The notes beneath the pieces were generated by a model that worked only from the letters and a program-made list of their open reading frames with translations, did no database searches and was not told where the DNA came from. A DNA stretch of 15,630 bases from Acidilobus sp. (lineage in GTDB: Archaea; Thermoproteota; Thermoprotei_A; Sulfolobales; Acidilobaceae): NCBI RefSeq assembly GCF_049973875.1, contig NZ_JBMFJI010000020.1, positions 1 to 15,630 on the forward strand. The letters are read 5' to 3'. Below, piece after piece: positions 6,739 to 12,175 of this stretch (position 1 is its first letter; the number at the start of each line of letters is the position of its first letter). The translations under genes and the position numbers were made by a program.

Positions 6739-9300
6739 TTGAGAGCATGCGCCGACCTGGGCCCTGACCTGACGCCCACCTGCATAAACGTTGAGCTCAC
6801 AGACGAGGCCCTGCTGGCGGACGGCAAGGTAATAGCCAGGCTCAGCGACGTCAGGAGGGCCTTCGTGGAGCCGGGGGTTAACGTCAGCAGGCTGGTCCTC
6901 GAGCTGAACGACGGGAGGCAGGTGGAGGCCCTCTACTTCACCAGGCCGAGGGAGGACGACTTCAGGAGGATGGCTGAGGCCATAAACAGGAGGCTCAGCG
7001 TTGGGGGCGAGGGCAGGGGCGAGGGCCGCGGGGGAAGGGAGAGGAGGGCGAGCACGGTAAGGTGGCTCTACACCTTCGCTAGGCCCTACAGGAGGAGGCT
7101 CATAATAGGCACCTCCCTGGCGCTTGCGGCGACGGCCCTCAACCTGGTGCCCCCGTACCTGCTGAAGGTGCTCATAGACAGCGTACTTGAGAGCCCGGCC
7201 CACCCGCGCGGCCTCTTCTTGGAGCTCATAGCCACCCTCCTGGGCTCCTACGTGGCGCTGACCATAGTGTCCGCCGTTCAGAACTACGTGCTGAACTCCA
7301 CGGGCTCCATGATAATAAACCACATAAGGCACGAGCTCTACAGGCACGTAGTAAACAACGTCGAGGCGTCGTTCATAGACAGGGTGACGCCGTCAAGGAT
7401 ACTCTCAAGGCTCACCACGGACGCCGGGAACACGAACTGGCTCATGGTCTGGGGGCTGCCTACCGTGCTGACCAACGTGCTCACGGTGATAGGCATAGGC
7501 GTCATACTGTTCACCATGGACGCCAGGCTGGCCATCTACCTGGTCATACCGGTGCCCCTGGTGGCCTACATGATATACAGCTACAGGAGGAAGTCGCACA
7601 GGCTCTACCACAGGAACTGGAGGAACAGCGCCGACGTCACGTCGCTAATAAACGACACCGTGCCCAACTACGTGGTGATAAGGTCCTTCGGCAAGGAGGA
7701 GGCCGTCAGCTCAAGGCTTGAGTCGGGCCTCAGGAGGCTCCTCAGGTCAAGCATAGACATAACAATCATGAACCAGACCTACTGGCCCCTCCTGGGCTTC
7801 CTGCTCTCCCTGGCCACGGTGGTCATATGGTGGGTCGGCGGCACGGAGGTCATAAGCGGCGCGGTTAAGCTGGGCGTCCTGGTGGCCTTTGTAGCCTACG
7901 CGAGCCAGTTCTACGCGCCAATAAACAACCTGGGCAACGTGCTCCCCTTCGTCCAGCAGTCCCTGACCTCGGCGGACAGGCTCAGGGAGCTGCTCGAGGC
8001 CCCCGCCTCAGGCCAGGGAGGCAGTGAGAGGCCCAACATGAGGGGCGACGTGGAGTTCAAGGACGTGATCTTCGGCTACGACCCGCTGGTCCCCGTGGTC
8101 AAGGGAGTGAACATAAGGGTCAGGGGAGGCTCGAGGGTAGCAATAGTGGGCCGCTCCGGCTCCGGCAAGAGCACCCTGGTCAAGCTCCTCCTCGGCCTCT
8201 ACAGGCCCCAGGAGGGCTCAATAACCGTTGACGGCGTCGACGTGAGCAGGATTGACAGGAGGTACTTCATGTCGAGGGTCGCCTACGTGCCCCAGGACGT
8301 CACACTGTTCTACGACACCATTGGGAACAACATAGCCTTCGGGGCGGAGAGGCCCGTGGGTCCCAGGGAGGTAATAGAGGCCGCCAGGGCCGCCATGATA
8401 CACGGCGAGATAGTCCAGTTCCCGCTGGCATACGACACAATAGCAGGCGAGAGGGGCACGTACCTCTCGGGCGGGCAGAGGCAGAGGGTCGGGATAGCGA
8501 GGGCCCTCATAAAGGACCCAGACCTCGTCATACTTGATGAGGCCACGTCAAACCTTGACGTTGAGAGCGAGACGCTGGTGTACCAGGCCATAACTAACCT
8601 GACAAGGGGGAGGACCACCATAATGATAACTCACAACCCGGTGGAGATCATGGGGGCCGAGCAGGTTGTGGTTATGGAGGACGGCAGGGTTGTTGAGGTA
8701 GGCACGCCGAGGGAGCTCATGGAGTCCCGCGGCAAGCTCTACGAGCTCATGTCGTCCTACGGCTACAGCAAGTACGTCCCACCCCCGCCCCCCAGGCCCA
8801 TGAGGGAGGCCCCGATAATAGAGGACCCGTCGGCGGTCAAGGTCATGCCCTCGGGCAGGGGGAGCCTGGTGGACGTAAGCATAGACGGGGTCGCGCACAG
8901 GGGCCTGAGGCCCAAGCTGCTCTTCCCGATCACTCACCCCGAGGTGGTTGGCCTCTACGACGGCGAGGGCAACGAGGTGGCCATAATACTTGACATGAAC
9001 AGGCTGGACGAGGCCTCCAGGAGGGCCTTAACCGACGCCATAAGGAGGGGCCTGGTGAAGTACAGGGTCTCCAGAATCAAGGACATAGTTGCCACGGGCG
9101 ACGGGCTCTCGTGGAGGGTGATAGCAGTGGACGGCTCCAGGAGCTTCGAGGCCTCCGTGCTGTCCCAGAGCAGGGGCGACGTCCTGCTGCTGAACAACAG
9201 GATAGCCGTGATAGACAGCAGGAGCGGCGTGATATACGAGGTCTACCCTGACCAGCTCGACGGCAGGAGCCTTAAGCTGCTCAGGGAGACCGTCGGCTAA
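6739..9300 (+). CDS. ABC exporter half-transporter (6-TM TMD plus NBD) with an extra N-terminal and two C-terminal PH-like modules
   Basis: TMD begins at LYTFARPYRRRLIIGTSLALAATALNLVPPYLLKVLID. NBD has Walker A GRSGSGKST, signature LSGGQRQR, Walker B LVILDEATS and H-loop ITHN. The N-terminal 105 aa, and the roughly 165 C-terminal aa after a PPPPPRP linker, are mutually similar modules (...DGRQVEALYFTRPREDDFRRMAEAINRRL vs ...EGNEVAIILDMNRLDEASRRALTDAIRRGL). GGGAG lies 7 nt before TTG 6739. Confidence 0.9.
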   Translation: MRACADLGPDLTPTCINVELTDEALLADGKVIARLSDVRRAFVEPGVNVSRLVLELNDGRQVEALYFTRPREDDFRRMAEAINRRLSVGGEGRGEGRGGRERRASTVRWLYTFARPYRRRLIIGTSLALAATALNLVPPYLLKVLIDSVLESPAHPRGLFLELIATLLGSYVALTIVSAVQNYVLNSTGSMIINHIRHELYRHVVNNVEASFIDRVTPSRILSRLTTDAGNTNWLMVWGLPTVLTNVLTVIGIGVILFTMDARLAIYLVIPVPLVAYMIYSYRRKSHRLYHRNWRNSADVTSLINDTVPNYVVIRSFGKEEAVSSRLESGLRRLLRSSIDITIMNQTYWPLLGFLLSLATVVIWWVGGTEVISGAVKLGVLVAFVAYASQFYAPINNLGNVLPFVQQSLTSADRLRELLEAPASGQGGSERPNMRGDVEFKDVIFGYDPLVPVVKGVNIRVRGGSRVAIVGRSGSGKSTLVKLLLGLYRPQEGSITVDGVDVSRIDRRYFMSRVAYVPQDVTLFYDTIGNNIAFGAERPVGPREVIEAARAAMIHGEIVQFPLAYDTIAGERGTYLSGGQRQRVGIARALIKDPDLVILDEATSNLDVESETLVYQAITNLTRGRTTIMITHNPVEIMGAEQVVVMEDGRVVEVGTPRELMESRGKLYELMSSYGYSKYVPPPPPRPMREAPIIEDPSAVKVMPSGRGSLVDVSIDGVAHRGLRPKLLFPITHPEVVGLYDGEGNEVAIILDMNRLDEASRRALTDAIRRGLVKYRVSRIKDIVATGDGLSWRVIAVDGSRSFEASVLSQSRGDVLLLNNRIAVIDSRSGVIYEVYPDQLDGRSLKLLRETVG

Positions 9301-9313
9301 GCCCAAAAGTCCT

Positions 9314-9340
9314 CCCTGCCCAGGGCCCCTGGGGGCAGGG
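9314..9340. repeat. GC-rich inverted repeat/hairpin (CCCTGCCC ... GGGCAGGG) abutting the TTG start of the B3/4 gene
   Basis: Arms 9314-9321 and 9333-9340 are exact reverse complements. The loop AGGGCCCCTGG is itself near-palindromic. Lies 14 nt after the ABC stop. Confidence 0.5.
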
Positions 9341-10012
9341 TTGAGCTGCGACCTGGTCAAGGTCTCCGAGGAGGCCAGGGGAAGGGGCGTCTTTGTGGTC
9401 TACACCACTGTTGAGCTCAGGGGGAGGGCTGAGGGCGACCCCCTGGGCGGCGTCGTCTCAGACTACGTGGCCCACGCGAGGTCCTCCATCACCCTTGAAG
9501 GGCTCAAGCATCACCCGGTGGTCAGGGCCTACAGGGACTTCTTCTGGAGGCTCGGCATAGACCCCACCAAGGTGAGGCCCAGCTCCGAGGCGCTTGCCAG
9601 GAGGGCCCTTAGGGGCGAGTTCCCCAGGGTGAGCCCTCTGGTTGACGCGGGAAACCTCGCCTCCCTGAGGACCCTCGTGCCCATAGGCATCTACGACCTC
9701 GACCTCGCCTCCCCTCCCTTCACGGTGACGCTGTCGAGGGGCAGGGTCAGGTTCTACCCCATAGGGGGCAGGGAGCAGGAGCTGCCCGAAGGGTACCCAA
9801 TAATGGTTGACTCCAGGGGCGTGGTGGTGCACCTCTACGCCCACAGGGACTCCTCGCTGACCTCGGTGAGGGAGTCCACCAGGAGGGCGCTGATAGTAGG
9901 CACCGGCGTCCCAGGGGTTGAGAGGGGGCTGGTGGGTCAGGCCGTTGAGCTCACAGTTAAGCTGTCCTCAGCGGTGGGCTGGGCCCAGGAGGGCCCCACC
10001 TGCGAGGCCTAA
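9341..10012 (+). CDS. Free-standing B3/B4 tRNA-binding domain protein (PheRS beta-subunit B3/4-like, COG3382-like)
   Basis: HPVVRAYRDFFWRLGIDPTKVRPSSEALARRAL matches the B3_4 domain core (AY...LG.DP.K.RPS.EAL.RR). 223 aa. Confidence 0.65.
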   Translation: MSCDLVKVSEEARGRGVFVVYTTVELRGRAEGDPLGGVVSDYVAHARSSITLEGLKHHPVVRAYRDFFWRLGIDPTKVRPSSEALARRALRGEFPRVSPLVDAGNLASLRTLVPIGIYDLDLASPPFTVTLSRGRVRFYPIGGREQELPEGYPIMVDSRGVVVHLYAHRDSSLTSVRESTRRALIVGTGVPGVERGLVGQAVELTVKLSSAVGWAQEGPTCEA

Positions 10013-10070
10013 GTGCTGAGCTGATCAACTTATAACCTTTGTCAAGGCTTTCCTCCCGGGTGGGGAAACG

Positions 10071-10421
10071 GTGAACATGTTCCAGGCCCTGGGGGTCAGC
10101 CTCTCGTCGCCGACGGGCATAGCCATCACCATAATAGAGTTCCTGCTTGGCTTTGGCGCTGGGTACGTGCTGTTCAAGGGGCTTAAGTACATAATTGCGT
10201 TCTTCCTTATACTGATAGTGGGCGACCTCCTGAGCGTGTGGAAGATCAGCGCGCTGAACTTCAAGTCCCTGGCCGCCGGCGTGGCCTCGGGCAACACCAC
10301 GGAGCTGGCGGAGGGGCTCAGATCTCTCGCGCCCTTCCTGGGCATCATAGAGCCCCTGTTCACGTCAATCATAATATTCGTGGGGTTCCTGATAGGGGCC
10401 GCGGTGGCCTTCTTCAAGTAA
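10071..10421 (+). CDS. Hypothetical membrane protein (about 4 TM)
   Basis: 116 aa with hydrophobic helices. GTG 10071 or ATG 10077 start, preceded by TATA-like CTTATAACC (10029-10037). Oligo-T terminator after the stop. Confidence 0.55.
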   Translation: MNMFQALGVSLSSPTGIAITIIEFLLGFGAGYVLFKGLKYIIAFFLILIVGDLLSVWKISALNFKSLAAGVASGNTTELAEGLRSLAPFLGIIEPLFTSIIIFVGFLIGAAVAFFK

Positions 10422-10478
10422 AAAGAAAAAGGGGAGAAAACAGAGGGGAAATGTGGGGCCTTTTTACGGGCTAGCGGC
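10422..10478. terminator. Bidirectional terminator region between convergent genes
   Basis: + strand GGGGCC then TTTTTAC (10455-10467). Minus-strand reading of 10421-10430 gives TTTTTCTTTT after the DsrE-like stop. Also four G-runs (10431-10470). Confidence 0.45.
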
Positions 10479-10901
10479 TCATATGTAGAGGACCACATCG
10501 GATGAGGCGGCCTCGCTGAGGAAGGTGGCGACCCCGGCTACGTCGTCTACTAGGCCTGGGTCGAAGTCCTCCTTTCTAAGGCCGAGCATGTCAGCCACGA
10601 GGCTGCACGCCACGACCCTCACCTTGCCCTCCCTCTTGGCGTCCCTCAGCATCGAGTGCCAGCTCACGTTCTTCTGCGACAGGTACTTCATGGCCGCGTC
10701 CCTGTACTCCTCGTAGTCCTTGCCGAGCTTCGAGAACCTCTCGACCTCGCCCCTCCTGAAGGCCACCTGGGCGAAGCTGAGGAAGATGAAGACCTCCATG
10801 CCCTCAGCAACCGCGCCCTGGGCTATCACCGCGGCCGAGAGGAGCTTCTCGTAGGTCGGGGATATGAGGAATATCGAGACCTTCCCCGCCAAGCCCCGCA
10901 C
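10479..10901 (-). CDS. DsrE/DsrF-like family protein (putative sulfur-relay or peroxiredoxin-like fold), single Cys
   Basis: N-terminal GKVSIFLISPTYEKLLSAAVIAQGAVAEGMEVFIFLSFAQVAF fits the DsrE-family start (KVAIIVSSGPY...AL.FA.AA...GHEV.VFF). One conserved-looking Cys (VVACSLVAD). GTG start, with T-tracts after the stop. Confidence 0.55.
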   Translation of the reverse strand: MRGLAGKVSIFLISPTYEKLLSAAVIAQGAVAEGMEVFIFLSFAQVAFRRGEVERFSKLGKDYEEYRDAAMKYLSQKNVSWHSMLRDAKREGKVRVVACSLVADMLGLRKEDFDPGLVDDVAGVATFLSEAASSDVVLYI

Positions 10902-10954
10902 CCACTTTCTATAAATAGAGAGGGTCCATTTATTTTTTCTATTTAGAGAAAAAC
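10902..10954. promoter_or_regulatory. 53-bp AT-rich divergent promoter region shared by the DsrE-like gene (-) and the Flp-encapsulin gene (+)
   Basis: CTTTCTATAAATAGAG and TTTATTTTTTCTATTTAG lie between the two GTG starts (10901 minus, 10955 plus). TATA-like elements on both strands sit about 25-30 nt from each start, consistent with leaderless transcripts. Confidence 0.5.
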
Positions 10955-12097
10955 GTGCAGCTCACGGCTTGGCCCCTTCACCTCCCACGACGGTATACCA
11001 ATATTAACCTGCAGCTCCACAAAGTCGCGGTGCGCCGCTTGCTCTCAAGGAATCCAACGGAGCCCTCTCAGAAGATTGAGGGCTCAGGGGTGGCCCAGGC
11101 GGTGAGGCTTGCCATAATAGCCGAGCTCGACGCCATAAACCTCTACCAGCAGCTCGCCGACGCCGTGAGCGACGAGTCCGTGAGGAAGGTCCTCCTTGAC
11201 GTGGCCGGCGAGGAGAAGACCCACTTCGGCGAGTTCCTCGAGCTCCTCAGGAGGCTCGACCCGGAGCAGGTCAAGGAGCTCGAGGCCGGGTCCAAGGAGG
11301 TGGCTTCGCTGGTCAGCAGCCAGGGGAAGGGACAGGGAGGCAGCCCGGGGGACCCCCAGCCCCTTGGGCCCCTGAGCGGCGACGAGGCCGAGTCCCTCAG
11401 GTCGGCCATAGCCGAGGCCCTGGGCAGGGCCAGGGCCCTGAGGTCGTCCCTGCCAGTGGCGGTGCTGGGAGACGGCTCCCTCGTGGCCCCATCAGAGGCC
11501 ATAACTGAGGGGGACGTGATTAAGGCCTCCTCCCAGCCAGTGCAGCTCTCAAGGCTCATAACCTACTTCGACGTGGAGCAGGACCTCATAGACTACTCCC
11601 GCAGGCTCTCCGCCCCCCTCAGGCCCGCCTCCGCCATCAGGGCGGCCGAGCTCCTCGGCCTCGAGGAGGACGCGCTCATAGCCAGCTCGCTGGCCTCCTC
11701 GGCCTCAGTTAAGGAGAGCGGCAGCTGGTCGTCCCCAGGCTCGTTCACCTCCCTCCTGGCCAAGGCCCTGGAGGACCTGAAGGTCAGGTACCCCTCCTAC
11801 CTGCTGATAATTTCCCCCTCGACGAGGGCCAGGCTGGCCTCGGTTGTTGACCCAGCCGGGGTTGACGAGCTGAGCAGGGCCTCGAGGCTGGTCGACAGGG
11901 TCGTCGTCTCCCCCGGCGTGGGCGACGGCGTGGCAATACTGGTCCCGCCCTACCCTGACGTAGCTGACGTGGTGGTGGGCTCGGACCTGAGGCTTGACTA
12001 CCTTGGCCCCAGCGGAAGCTCCCACAGGTTCGCCGTCTGGGAGACCGTAGCCGTGAGGGTCAAGTCGCCCCAGGCCATAGCCGTAATTACGGGCTGA
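10955..12097 (+). CDS. Encapsulin (family 1 nanocompartment shell) with N-terminal fused ferritin-like protein (Flp) domain; PfV-type
   Basis: The N-terminal region VRLAIIAELDAINLYQQLADAVSDESVRKVLLDVAGEEKTHFGEFLELLRRLDPEQ is a ferritin-like half-bundle with an ExxH motif, closely resembling the Pyrococcus PfV N-domain. The C-terminal region (VVVGSDLRLDYLGPSGSSHRFAVWETVAVRVKSPQAIAVI) matches the encapsulin C-terminus (GQDLSIGY...[21 protein letters not shown] in T. maritima). A Gly/Pro/Ser linker joins the domains. The start is leaderless, after an AT-rich divergent promoter. Confidence 0.85.
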   Translation: MQLTAWPLHLPRRYTNINLQLHKVAVRRLLSRNPTEPSQKIEGSGVAQAVRLAIIAELDAINLYQQLADAVSDESVRKVLLDVAGEEKTHFGEFLELLRRLDPEQVKELEAGSKEVASLVSSQGKGQGGSPGDPQPLGPLSGDEAESLRSAIAEALGRARALRSSLPVAVLGDGSLVAPSEAITEGDVIKASSQPVQLSRLITYFDVEQDLIDYSRRLSAPLRPASAIRAAELLGLEEDALIASSLASSASVKESGSWSSPGSFTSLLAKALEDLKVRYPSYLLIISPSTRARLASVVDPAGVDELSRASRLVDRVVVSPGVGDGVAILVPPYPDVADVVVGSDLRLDYLGPSGSSHRFAVWETVAVRVKSPQAIAVITG

Positions 12098-12131
12098 TTT
12101 TTATTTATAATTATTTTTATTTATAATTATT
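12098..12131 (+). repeat. Perfect 16-bp direct tandem duplication (TTTTTATTTATAATTA x2 plus TT): oligo-T terminator plus duplicated TATA boxes between the encapsulin and aglB genes
   Basis: 12098-12113 and 12114-12129 are identical. Begins immediately after the encapsulin TGA (12095-12097). Each unit contains TTTATAA. aglB starts at 12176. Confidence 0.85.
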
Positions 12132-12175
12132 CACAAAGTATTTTAAGTTGGCCCCCATAATTTTCGTGAGACGAC

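Noticed and set aside
6715-7347. 210-aa minus-strand ORF, plus others at 7338-7611, 8218-8937 and 8955-9360, antisense to the ABC exporter
   Set aside because: GC-frame shadows with no recognisable domains, fully overlapped by a gene with Walker A/B and the ABC signature.
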